Source: Nitrospirota bacterium (GTDB lineage Bacteria > Nitrospirota > UBA9217). From it: a stretch of 64,000 nucleotides of DNA. Positions 19,327-27,541 of the stretch are shown piece after piece. The notes beneath the pieces were generated by a model that did no database searches, was not told where the DNA came from, and saw nothing but the letters and a program-made list of their open reading frames with translations. The position numbers and the translations under genes are program-made. The stretch's first letter is position 1. Every line of letters begins with the position of its first letter. The stretch covers positions 3,136,001-3,200,000 of the forward strand of contig OY760142.1 of assembly GCA_963663225.1 (NCBI GenBank), in the 5' to 3' direction.

Positions 19327-19770
19327 TTATTCTGTGACCTTTGAAGGTAGATAGCCAAGTTTTCCGCGCAACTCATTAATCCCCTGTATTTTCCTCTGCT
19401 GCGAGCTCAACCAATTACCGTTTAAACGATACCCAAGTTGAGCAACAATAGCCTCTGATCTTGCATCGAGAAACAGCACTTGATAGCTTGCAAGATAAGG
19501 CGACAAATCCCAGGACTTAACGAAGGAATATTTTACAAGCATATCTGCCGGCAAAGGCTTTTCTGGTGGTTTTTTGTTATAAACCTGAAATCCCATGTCG
19601 CCCAGCTCGCTGATCAGAAATGTTCCTATATTAAATTCATCTTCCGGGGCCATCTCAATGTAGGCGTTTTTGTAAGACTTGAAATCTCTGTCAGGCATAA
19701 CCAGCGCATTATTTACAGCACAACCAGAAAAGAAGAAGAGGAAAAAAACAAGGCAGGATAATCTTTTCAT
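19327..19770 (-). CDS. Lipoprotein of unknown function (moron-like)
   Basis: Signal peptide with FSGC lipobox. Confidence 0.7.
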   Translation of the reverse strand: MKRLSCLVFFLFFFSGCAVNNALVMPDRDFKSYKNAYIEMAPEDEFNIGTFLISELGDMGFQVYNKKPPEKPLPADMLVKYSFVKSWDLSPYLASYQVLFLDARSEAIVAQLGYRLNGNWLSSQQRKIQGINELRGKLGYLPSKVTE

Positions 19771-19795
19771 ATAAACCCCCTTTAGTGAGGAGGCG

Positions 19796-20137
19796 CTAAC
19801 CTCCCCTTGAAAGTCTATGCCGAGATATCCATAGTTTGACTTTAGTTATTGGTAAAGTAAAGTGCTCTGGAAGTGGTGCAATTATATCATTCTTAAATTC
19901 CTGATGCAAGCGCAAAGCATCCCCTTCGTCAAGGCCCATATCTAAAAGTATGGCAAGGGCCAGCTGCGCGGGACCGCTGCCGCCATATCCCCAGGCAAAC
20001 CCGTCCGGGCTGTGATTAAACGCCTTCTGACTTGGCCGCGGGTCCAAGTTGCGACCGCGGATCACCCGGCGCGTGTCTGGCTCTCCGTGATACGCTTCGG
20101 GCGGTTTAGGGTATTCTGATCCAAGTATTGTCGTCAT
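19796..20137 (-). CDS. DUF6166-like phage protein
   Basis: NHSPDGFAWGYGGSGPAQLALAIL motif. Confidence 0.75.
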   Translation of the reverse strand: MTTILGSEYPKPPEAYHGEPDTRRVIRGRNLDPRPSQKAFNHSPDGFAWGYGGSGPAQLALAILLDMGLDEGDALRLHQEFKNDIIAPLPEHFTLPITKVKLWISRHRLSRGG

Positions 20138-20352
20138 AGTTTTATTTCCTCCTGCCTCGGTACAATCTTTGCGATGATAGACGGGTCAGCCTCGATCATT
20201 TCAATCGTGTTCTTTTTCGCCTGTTCAAACCCTTTTCCGTGGTTCTTACCGCCGCATATACACCGGCACTTGTCATGCTTGGCATTATAGCACGTTGCAT
20301 CACATCTACGCGTACTTCCATTGCTGTTGTGATTTATTATAAGAGTAGCCAT
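20134..20352 (-). CDS. Cys-rich hypothetical phage protein
   Basis: CDATCYNA..KCRCICGGKNHG; GGAGGAGGTG RBS. Confidence 0.7.
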   Translation of the reverse strand: MATLIINHNSNGSTRRCDATCYNAKHDKCRCICGGKNHGKGFEQAKKNTIEMIEADPSIIAKIVPRQEEIKL

Positions 20353-20372
20353 TATTTCACCTCCTCCCATTA

Positions 20373-20795
20373 TTAAAATCTGAAACCAACTCCAATTTGA
20401 TAGTTTCGATAAACCTGATTTGCTTCAATCCCTATCCATACAGCTTGCCATACCTGCCGCGCCGGGATCTTCACGCCGAGGAATTCAATCTTTTTCGGCA
20501 GCGCGTACGCAATTGCAGCGTGGCCCACAATAGCAAGGGCAAAATAAGTGTTCACCCTGCCCTTGCTTGGATACCGGCCAAGTATAGGGTTTGTTTCTGC
20601 ATAGCAAACATGGCGCGATGGCTCAATTTTTCTGTGGTACTGTGTCGCCCAGGATGTTTGGCCCCAATCAACGACGATCAGCCCAATTGTGACCGCTTCT
20701 CCAATTGTGTCTACTGCGTCCCATTTGTCCGGCCATGCTTCCGCGCTGGCTGCGAGTCCGAGAGTTAATAAAATTGCAAGAGTTATATTTTTCAT
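20373..20795 (-). CDS. Exported/membrane hypothetical protein
   Basis: Signal peptide, ETNPILG motif, C-terminal GVGFRF; RBS lies within the hammerhead core. Confidence 0.7.
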   Translation of the reverse strand: MKNITLAILLTLGLAASAEAWPDKWDAVDTIGEAVTIGLIVVDWGQTSWATQYHRKIEPSRHVCYAETNPILGRYPSKGRVNTYFALAIVGHAAIAYALPKKIEFLGVKIPARQVWQAVWIGIEANQVYRNYQIGVGFRF

Positions 20796-20800
20796 TTTCG

Positions 20801-20857
20801 GGCCTCCTCAGTTGCCGCATGACGACAAGACGGGGTCAGCTGCGCCCCGTTTCGGCC
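20801..20857 (-). ncRNA. Hammerhead ribozyme, type II
   Basis: Minus strand: GGCC-GAAA-CGGGG(cgcagcuga)CCCCG-UC/-UUGUCGU(cau)GCGGCAA-CUGAGGA-GGCC; conserved core and all three stems present; predicted cleavage between 20829 and 20828. Confidence 0.9.
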
Positions 20858-20858
20858 T

Positions 20859-21230
20859 TTAATATTCTTCCGGCAGCATGATCGTAAAACCTTCATATTC
20901 GCTGAATACCAGCCACATTTTTTTTGTAACACCCTTCCCCGGAGATGTTTGATAAATTACCCTGAATTCAACAAGGCGCTTGTCTCCCTTGTCTTTTCTG
21001 AAAGCGTGTGCAGCCATATATAGAGTGTCCCAAAGTCTCCCCTTGTAATCCTGCATACCCCTGAGCGATTCGGGGACGTTAACAAGCGAGTGAACGCCAC
21101 AGGTCAGACAAATAGGAATTTTAAAACCGGCTTCTTTCGCTTCGCTCGTTTCGGATACGTCAATCAGTTGTCCGTCCTCAATAGCCTGTTTTCTGGTATA
21201 GGTGCTTATGACTTCTGAATTTTGAAACAT
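20859..21230 (-). CDS. DUF6573-like phage/plasmid protein
   Basis: YTRKQAIEDGQLIDVS..AGFKIP..QDYKGRLWDTL..TIMLPEEY. Confidence 0.75.
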   Translation of the reverse strand: MFQNSEVISTYTRKQAIEDGQLIDVSETSEAKEAGFKIPICLTCGVHSLVNVPESLRGMQDYKGRLWDTLYMAAHAFRKDKGDKRLVEFRVIYQTSPGKGVTKKMWLVFSEYEGFTIMLPEEY

Positions 21231-21247
21231 ATCTATCCTCCTTTCAG

Positions 21248-21463
21248 TTAAGGAATATAAACACATCCCTCAACGAAAAAATTGGTTACGTCTGATTCCT
21301 GCGCCCGTTGGCTATTCATCCAGCGTACGCTTCCGGGCTCGCAGCGCCGGTGCCGGTATTTGTCTTGCCCGATGTATACCGGCTCACCGGTGATTTTGTG
21401 GCTGCAAACATAGCAGACTTGCAGCGTTCGGCGTTCTTTGGGTTCGTCAAGTTTGCGCCTCAT
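21248..21463 (-). CDS. Hypothetical protein with CxxC..H..C motif
   Basis: In-operon ORF with GGGGG RBS. Confidence 0.55.
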   Translation of the reverse strand: MRRKLDEPKERRTLQVCYVCSHKITGEPVYIGQDKYRHRRCEPGSVRWMNSQRAQESDVTNFFVEGCVYIP

Positions 21464-21477
21464 CGTAATTTCCCCCC

Positions 21478-21690
21478 TTAATAAATGAAAGTCGCGCCGG
21501 ACTGCGCCTCTTCGATTTTTGCTTCTCGTTCTCGTCGTGACAAACCTTCTTCTTTCATATCGTCTTCGTCAAGCAATACCACGCTCAGGTTGATCTTAGA
21601 TAATGCCTTGTTCACGGTTGAATCTACGGAAACAGCACGTAAACATCCGCCCTCAATGTGCACGTATATCTTACCCACCTTCTTTGCCAT
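21478..21690 (-). CDS. Hypothetical phage protein
   Basis: GGAGG RBS; IYVHIEGG motif. Confidence 0.6.
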   Translation of the reverse strand: MAKKVGKIYVHIEGGCLRAVSVDSTVNKALSKINLSVVLLDEDDMKEEGLSRREREAKIEEAQSGATFIY

Positions 21691-22091
21691 GTCCCTGCCC
21701 TCCTTTGCCGGATTAACTGCTTTATGAGCGCCCCGATGATCGGAGCGCCGAAAAGAAGTTAATACATGGTTTTATCCTCCTTTTCTTCCATTTCTTCATG
21801 ATCTGCGAAAACTTCAAGCATGCCTTGAAGTGCAGAGCATAGGGCCGCCGCTGCATCCTTCAAGATGGCTTCTTTGTTTATCCTCCTGCTTTTTAACATG
21901 GGCTTTTGTCTCCTCTCTTTGAATTGTCGCTTTAATAATCCTGTCTATCTCTGCGATGCGTCCGGGGCTTATCATGGCAGCACCATGCGAAAAACTATAC
22001 TGTTTATCAAGTTGTCGATCTGCTGCGCTATCCAGTACAAAACCCCGCCAATGATGCCGATTAAAATAAAAGCTGTTGAGTGGTTCATGGC

Positions 22092-22289
22092 TTAACCCTC
22101 CTGCTTTTCTGCTGCGTGGTGCATTTCGCTGTCTTGTACGGCTCCGTCAAAGTCTATGCCTGCCCGGTCGCAGTAGTGCCGCAGGTCAGCCAGCAAATCA
22201 GTAACATTGGCTTCTGGTACGTCCTCATAGAATGTCAAAGCGTTTTCTGCTCTGGTTGCTCGTTCTTCATTGGATACTGTGAGCTTCAT
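22092..22289 (-). CDS. Hypothetical phage protein
   Basis: NEERATRA..DLLADLRHYCD..GIDF motif. Confidence 0.7.
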   Translation of the reverse strand: MKLTVSNEERATRAENALTFYEDVPEANVTDLLADLRHYCDRAGIDFDGAVQDSEMHHAAEKQEG

Positions 22290-22369
22290 ACTGTCCCCTT
22301 TCTCCTGCCGGATTTAAAAGCACTCTATAAAGCGCCGGGGCTGCATAGTCCGGCGCTCAAACAATGGTT

Positions 22370-22930
22370 TTACCAGCTTGAGTGATAGGAATAGTCAACC
22401 CTGCTGTCGTCTGGTTCGGACAATGCGGACTCAAGGATTTTGATTGTGTCGTCGATATCCTGTATATAGTATTCGTCGTACTCTGTGGAACCGAAGAAAA
22501 AGCCTGATTCTGTTGGCAGTAGTGCTGCGGCTATTTCCGGGTTACTCAAGATTTTTCCGGGCTCATAATGGTGTACTTTTTCTCCCTTTTCATCAAACGT
22601 GTACCCGGTTGAAACCGGCCCGTCAATAAGCGTGGTTTTCTCTTTTATTTCTTTGCAAATATCGAGAAGAGATTGCAATTGCTCCCTTGACACATAAGCA
22701 TCCCGGCAGTCGTCCTCTCCGCTCTGACAGTTCGCAACAAACCACTTGTGAATATGGTTAGCCTTGCACCAATAGCCGATATCTTCCGAAATCTCTTTGA
22801 TACGTTCTGCCTTTATGTGTCCTACAGGCGTATCATTCTGTAAAACGGTTACGGTGTGGCGTTCTTCTGGCTTCATGTAATCCCAATTTTTAACGTAGGT
22901 TTTTTTGGTCAGGTACATATCAAGTCCCAT
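22370..22930 (-). CDS. Conserved phage protein (MGLDMYL...YxSSW family)
   Basis: MGLDMYL, YWCKANHIHKWFV, LLPTESGFFFGSTEYDE. Confidence 0.8.
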   Translation of the reverse strand: MGLDMYLTKKTYVKNWDYMKPEERHTVTVLQNDTPVGHIKAERIKEISEDIGYWCKANHIHKWFVANCQSGEDDCRDAYVSREQLQSLLDICKEIKEKTTLIDGPVSTGYTFDEKGEKVHHYEPGKILSNPEIAAALLPTESGFFFGSTEYDEYYIQDIDDTIKILESALSEPDDSRVDYSYHSSW

Positions 22931-22953
22931 GTTATTTGTCTCCCTTCTATGGT

Positions 22954-23124
22954 TTACGCTCCGGATTTAACGGATACGGTTAATCTTGCCGGCGGGTTGG
23001 CGCCCAGGGCATACTTCTTGACGTACAGCGTCCCGATCTTCGGTTGTATAGTGTCCTCCTCCTCATAAACGTATGTGCCCTTGGTTTCCTTCTTCAGCTT
23101 GAAAGTCGTCGTAAAGTCTGCCAT
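22954..23124 (-). CDS. Small 56-aa phage protein (below ORF-track cutoff)
   Basis: MADFTTTFKLKKETKGTYVYEE..IGTLYVKKYALG..; GGGGAGG RBS. Confidence 0.6.
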   Translation of the reverse strand: MADFTTTFKLKKETKGTYVYEEEDTIQPKIGTLYVKKYALGANPPARLTVSVKSGA

Positions 23125-23160
23125 GGTGCGCCTCCCCTTTTCTTTGGTCTGTGTTTGTGT

Positions 23161-23466
23161 TTATGCTGCTGCCGTTACTGCCTTGATGCCGCCCTTTTCC
23201 CGCTGGTAAATAAGCCACTCGTAAGCCGTAGGTTCCTTGATGTGCAGAACCATGGCTAAAATAGCCGCTGCATCCGCAAGCGTAATGTTGTGCGCCTTCA
23301 TCGCAACACTCGCAAAGCGTACCATTGCTGATTTGCCCGGTACTTTCGCAAAGCGATATGCGGTGATCAGGTCAAGGCGAGAGTACAAAGAGCGCTGGTA
23401 CCGGAGCAATCGCAGCGTGTAGCCTTTTGTTGCCAGCAATCCGAGATTCTTTCCTGTTATGGCCAT
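23161..23466 (-). CDS. Hypothetical protein, first gene of leftward operon
   Basis: AAAGGAGGTG RBS downstream of a consensus promoter. Confidence 0.6.
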   Translation of the reverse strand: MAITGKNLGLLATKGYTLRLLRYQRSLYSRLDLITAYRFAKVPGKSAMVRFASVAMKAHNITLADAAAILAMVLHIKEPTAYEWLIYQREKGGIKAVTAAA

Positions 23467-23528
23467 AAGCGTTTATTCACCTCCTTTCTTTACTATATTA
23501 CTATATCGTTATTACATTGTTAATATAT

Positions 23529-23556
23529 ATTATAATAAGGTATATACCATTGTCAA
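23529..23556 (-). promoter_or_regulatory. Strong sigma70-type promoter of the leftward operon
   Basis: Minus strand TTGACA-16 nt-TATAAT with AT-rich flanks. Confidence 0.7.
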
Positions 23557-24345
23557 GTAAAAAAATAGCAGAGAGTGCAAATATATTTCTGCAACAATCT
23601 GCTTTTTGGCATAGAATATGCAATATATCTATATATATATAAATATATGTAAATATATCTATTTACTTATATATAGATATAAATAAATAAGAATCTTTAA
23701 AATCTTTATAATAATAGATACACACCTTTTTCTTTTGCTTCTTTTCTTTTTAAAAAGGTGAAGGTGCAATTATTGATGCTGCCGATCTGAAGCGGTATAA
23801 ATCGGAATGACTAAAACAGGGAATCCAGAGGATAGAGGGAAACCCATTATTCAAGAGCTTTTCTCGTATGCGTATGAAACAAGCACGGCAAAAAGGCATA
23901 TAAAAACAATGTGTTGTATAAGTATCTGATAACATAACAATGTCGCAGAATGTAGATTATGTCAAATACTAACATATTGATATATAAAGAAATGTTCACC
24001 ATTTCTACACAATAAATATTATGTCAAATGCAACAATATGCAAAACAGGTATAAAAGTGTTGCAAAATAGACACACTTTCGATCTGGATTGACCTTAAAA
24101 TGGTCAGATATCGGCTTCCAGGCCAAAGACCCCCCCTACCCCCGCCCCTCACGCTTCCGGAGTCCCCCCTATTTTCGATTTTCCTCCCATACCATGAGTG
24201 TTTCCATTAAATAATACTTTGGTATCAAATTTGAGGCCTTTCCGTTCGAATTCCGGGGGTGTCTGTTTTTGAAATTTTTTTCCCGGAAAAATTCCATGGG
24301 GTTTTTGGGGTGGATAATTAAATTCCATTTTGTAATACTTTAGTA

Positions 24346-24373
24346 TTGACATTTGGAAAAAACGTGGTAGAGT
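24346..24373 (+). promoter_or_regulatory. Sigma70-type promoter of the rightward accessory operon
   Basis: TTGACA-16 nt-TAGAGT. Confidence 0.5.
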
Positions 24374-24549
24374 TTGAAATGTCGGCAGGACAGGACGGTT
24401 TCATCATCTTTGACATATCAGCATTGGCATTTTTGGTTTCGGCGCACCAGCCGAATTGAAAGGCCGCCTGTAAATTGGTCCTCATCCTGCCGGATTGAAG
24501 ATTTAAACAGGCGGCTTTTCTTATTTGAACGAATGAGGAGGACGGCACA

Positions 24550-24729
24550 ATGAAGGCGTTAAAGAAAACGATAATTATTACGGCAGAGGTTTTGAGCATT
24601 GACGCGGCGCCGTCAATTATTCACCAGGCGCTTGCTCAAATCAGTAGCGAGTGTCCTGAGGGAAAGTTGGTTATGGACGACGGTGATACGGTGGCCTGGG
24701 CGACCGCTTCGAGGATAGTAGAGTTTTGA
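24550..24729 (+). CDS. Small 59-aa hypothetical protein
   Basis: GAGGAGG RBS; MKALKKTIIITAEV..IVEF. Confidence 0.55.
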   Translation: MKALKKTIIITAEVLSIDAAPSIIHQALAQISSECPEGKLVMDDGDTVAWATASRIVEF

Positions 24730-24928
24730 GAACGAAGGAAAAGGTTTGGGCGCATTACCCAGACGGGACGAAGCGCAAAGAGCCCATGGTTTTTTGCGAT
24801 ATCTGCGGTTGGGGCGATTGTATTGTGGAAACTCGGGGAACTTATGATTTCTGCCGACGGCATAAGAAGGCGGAGATTGACGCCTGGATGAAGGGGCCGC
24901 GGAAAAGATACAATCCGGAGGTTTAGCC

Positions 24929-25237
24929 ATGTCTCAAGACAACTGGCAGCACAAAAGCGAAATGATGCTGTGCAAGACTTGTATGTTTTTCGTGCCGAAG
25001 ATGCCGCCGGTATTTTTGGGTGTCGATCCTGCGAAATTCAACCCGGAAGATTTAAAGGATCTTAAGCCGGGCAAGGTAATACTTTGCAAGGATCCTCCCG
25101 TTCCCATTAAATACGATTGCAAAATTGGCCGCTGCCGGCGCCATGCTCCAACGCTCGGAGGCTGGCCGGTTTTGTTTGTTACAGATTGGTGTGGTGATCA
25201 CAAGCTTGACGCTGAAAAGATGGAGGCTCCGGCATGA
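24929..25237 (+). CDS. Cys-containing phage protein
   Basis: CKTCMFF..GRCRRHAP..WPV..DWCGDH; GGAGG RBS. Confidence 0.7.
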   Translation: MSQDNWQHKSEMMLCKTCMFFVPKMPPVFLGVDPAKFNPEDLKDLKPGKVILCKDPPVPIKYDCKIGRCRRHAPTLGGWPVLFVTDWCGDHKLDAEKMEAPA

Positions 25238-25674
25238 TGATAGACGACGATCATCCCATTGTTCGTGCGCTGTTGGTCCTGGTTGCCGTGCTCTTTTTTC
25301 TTTCCACGGCGTCGTTCACGGCGAAAACGTACATTAACAAGCAAATCGAGCTTGAGCGAATCCGGCAGCACCAAAAGTTTCAACTGCTCATCAAGGAGAT
25401 GGTAAAACGTGAATCGAGCGGAAGGCATGAAGGCTGTTGGGGAAAGGCCGGAGAGTACGGAGCCGCACAATGGCTTTACAGTTCATTCGAGTATTGGAAA
25501 AAGAAAATGAAAATGCCGCGTCTGGAATGGACCAAGCGCGCAGATCAAATAGTTCTTATGTGCAGAGTGGTACAGGCTGGCCATGGTTACGAGTGGACTG
25601 TTTATAAAAAGGCGTACAGGACCGTGTACGGCCAGGATCCTCCGTCGAGAGGAGTGAGAATAATAAGTGTTTAA
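25234..25674 (+). CDS. Membrane-anchored lysozyme/transglycosylase-like protein
   Basis: N-terminal TM; RESSG...YGAAQW resembles the SLT/Rpf catalytic ES..G.xQ motif. Confidence 0.5.
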   Translation: MMIDDDHPIVRALLVLVAVLFFLSTASFTAKTYINKQIELERIRQHQKFQLLIKEMVKRESSGRHEGCWGKAGEYGAAQWLYSSFEYWKKKMKMPRLEWTKRADQIVLMCRVVQAGHGYEWTVYKKAYRTVYGQDPPSRGVRIISV

Positions 25675-26246
25675 AGCGTGATAACGGGTAGCCTGTCTGC
25701 AGCAGGTCCGGGCCGGGGCGTTACGCGAGTGGCCAGTTTGGTGAGGGAAAAAATCGGGAGGTATCCGTGACGATGGAAGAACCGATCCAAAAGCCAACCT
25801 ATCCGTATTCACCATAAATACACCGAGGGGGCTTTAAGCGTATTGCGAATATGATTGCGGAAGTACGCTGCTGAGTCATTCCCTGTCCTGGGAGTCTGGC
25901 GGGTGAACAGGACGACGAAATATAAGGGCGGACGCCAGAGCAAAGCCCCGATATGACACGCGGCGGTTTTCGGTGACGGTGCAGGTGATCCTGCATGTAG
26001 GAACCGGATCATCTTGCTTATCATCCTACGGCGTGGGCGCTACTCTCCGGTTCGGGGAACCGGCCGGAGAGCATAATTAAATCCCTCGCTGCGGCGTGTA
26101 TGCCAGCGAGTAAGTATACGGCGGCGACCGAAAAAGTCATGGGGACAGCCCATGCACTATACTGCTAGTCTTGATAGCTTATGTGCGCTCAGTAGGAGCA
26201 ACAGCCAGAACTCGGTGCAGTAGCCGCCCAATTTGAAAGGAAAGGT

Positions 26247-26423
26247 ATGGAAAAGAGCGTTGATGAACAAATAGATGCCCTATCTCGTCAGGTAGCAAAT
26301 GCCGACATTCAGCAGGTAAAACGAGTGCTGTATGCAGCATATTACCTCGGTTTAAAAAATGCTCTCCTGCCAGACTCCATTCAAGAGGCTCTCAATTCTG
26401 GTGATGGAGTTTACAGGCCATAG
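26247..26423 (+). CDS. Small 58-aa phage protein
   Basis: AAAGGAAAGG RBS; ends SIQEALNSGDGVYRP. Confidence 0.6.
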   Translation: MEKSVDEQIDALSRQVANADIQQVKRVLYAAYYLGLKNALLPDSIQEALNSGDGVYRP

Positions 26424-26455
26424 TAGCTAATTCGCTGTTTGGTGAAAGGAGAGGT

Positions 26456-26734
26456 ATGGCAAAGTTTAAAAAGAAACCCGTAGTAATAGAAGCAATAAAA
26501 TGGGACGGGACTCTCACAGGAAAACATTATATTGATCTCCTATTTCAAGACCTTTGCACAACGTCAATTACATACAACAAGCAAGACAATATCGTAAGTG
26601 CATGGTTTATTGGTACGGTTATAGGTCATTGCAGAGTATCAAATGGAGACTATATTATTCGTGGCGTAAATGGTGAATACTACCCATGCAAACCGGAAAT
26701 TTTTGAAAAAACATATGATGCCGTGAACGATTAA
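26456..26734 (+). CDS. Conserved phage protein (KKPVVIEA...GDYII..GE.YPCKP family)
   Basis: Recognisable motif pair. Confidence 0.8.
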   Translation: MAKFKKKPVVIEAIKWDGTLTGKHYIDLLFQDLCTTSITYNKQDNIVSAWFIGTVIGHCRVSNGDYIIRGVNGEYYPCKPEIFEKTYDAVND

Positions 26735-26771
26735 GTAGCGTAGCCAATCCGCTATTACAGGAGATAAAAAA

Positions 26772-27524
26772 ATGATTGCGTACAAACTCACGTCACAGGA
26801 TTTTATGACTCGTAATAATACAATATGGGGCAATAATATTACTCATAGTGTACCCAAAAAAGATAATCCCCAATTATGTACAGGGGATGTAGTCCACTGG
26901 TATAAATCTCCTACGCTGGCGTTATTATTGAATCCACAGCACGCCGATATTACAAATCCTGTACTTTGGGAGGCAGAAGCTGACTGTGAAGCAGTATCGG
27001 ATTGGGGAAAATCAGGATGCTTCTCACTCACCACCAAACGTATTATCCGCACAAAAATAACAGATGACCAAATGCACCATATTAGAGTGCAATTTGCAGT
27101 TCTCTGTGCAGAATCCGTATTACATTTATACGAAAAACAGTACCCTATCGATGATAGGGTAAAAAAAGCTATTGAAGCAGCAAAAGAATATTTAAAAAAT
27201 CCAACCGCCGATGCCGCCGCCGATGCCGCCGCCGATGCCGCCTATGCCGCCGATGCCGCCGCCCGTGCCGCCCGTGCCGCCGATGCCGCCCGTGCCGCCG
27301 ATGCCGCCTATGCCGCCTATGCCGCCCGTGCCGCCGATGCCGCCTATGCCGCCTATGCCGCCTATGCCGCCCGTGCCGCCTATGCCGCCTATGCCGCCGC
27401 CTATGCCGCCTATGCCGCCGCCCGTGCCGCCGATGCCGCCTATGCCGCCTATGCCGCCCGTGCCGCCGCCATAGACTTTAATGAATTAGCCAACAAAGCT
27501 TTTATGCTTGTTATGAGTAAATAG
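26772..27524 (+). CDS. Phage protein with Ala-rich (AAD/AAY/AAR) low-complexity C-terminus
   Basis: FAVLCAESVLHLYE..P.DDR.KKAIEAA followed by repeat tract. Confidence 0.8.
   Translation: MIAYKLTSQDFMTRNNTIWGNNITHSVPKKDNPQLCTGDVVHWYKSPTLALLLNPQHADITNPVLWEAEADCEAVSDWGKSGCFSLTTKRIIRTKITDDQMHHIRVQFAVLCAESVLHLYEKQYPIDDRVKKAIEAAKEYLKNPTADAAADAAADAAYAADAAARAARAADAARAADAAYAAYAARAADAAYAAYAAYAARAAYAAYAAAYAAYAAARAADAAYAAYAARAAAIDFNELANKAFMLVMSK
27205..27470 (+). repeat. In-frame tandem repeat of 9-12 nt units GCCGCC(GCC)+GAT/TAT/CGT
   Basis: Directly visible in sequence. Confidence 0.9.
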
Positions 27525-27541
27525 CTATTACAGGAGGGGGT

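Noticed and set aside
23750-24352. Short ORFs in the AT-rich region
   Set aside because: No RBS or motifs; composition suggests non-coding control DNA
25827-25949. tmRNA or HDV-like/theta ribozyme
   Set aside because: The 5' GGGGGC start is tmRNA-like but there is no T-arm or CCA end; the pseudoknot leaves only 6 nt where HDV P3/L3 would be needed
27205-27470. Possible CRISPR array or DGR template/variable repeat
   Set aside because: No unique spacers, no cas or reverse transcriptase genes, and no adenine-specific repeat pair
27211-27474. Pro/Met-repeat ORF (MPPMPP...)
   Set aside because: Alternate-frame by-product of the GCC repeat inside 26772..27524; no RBS
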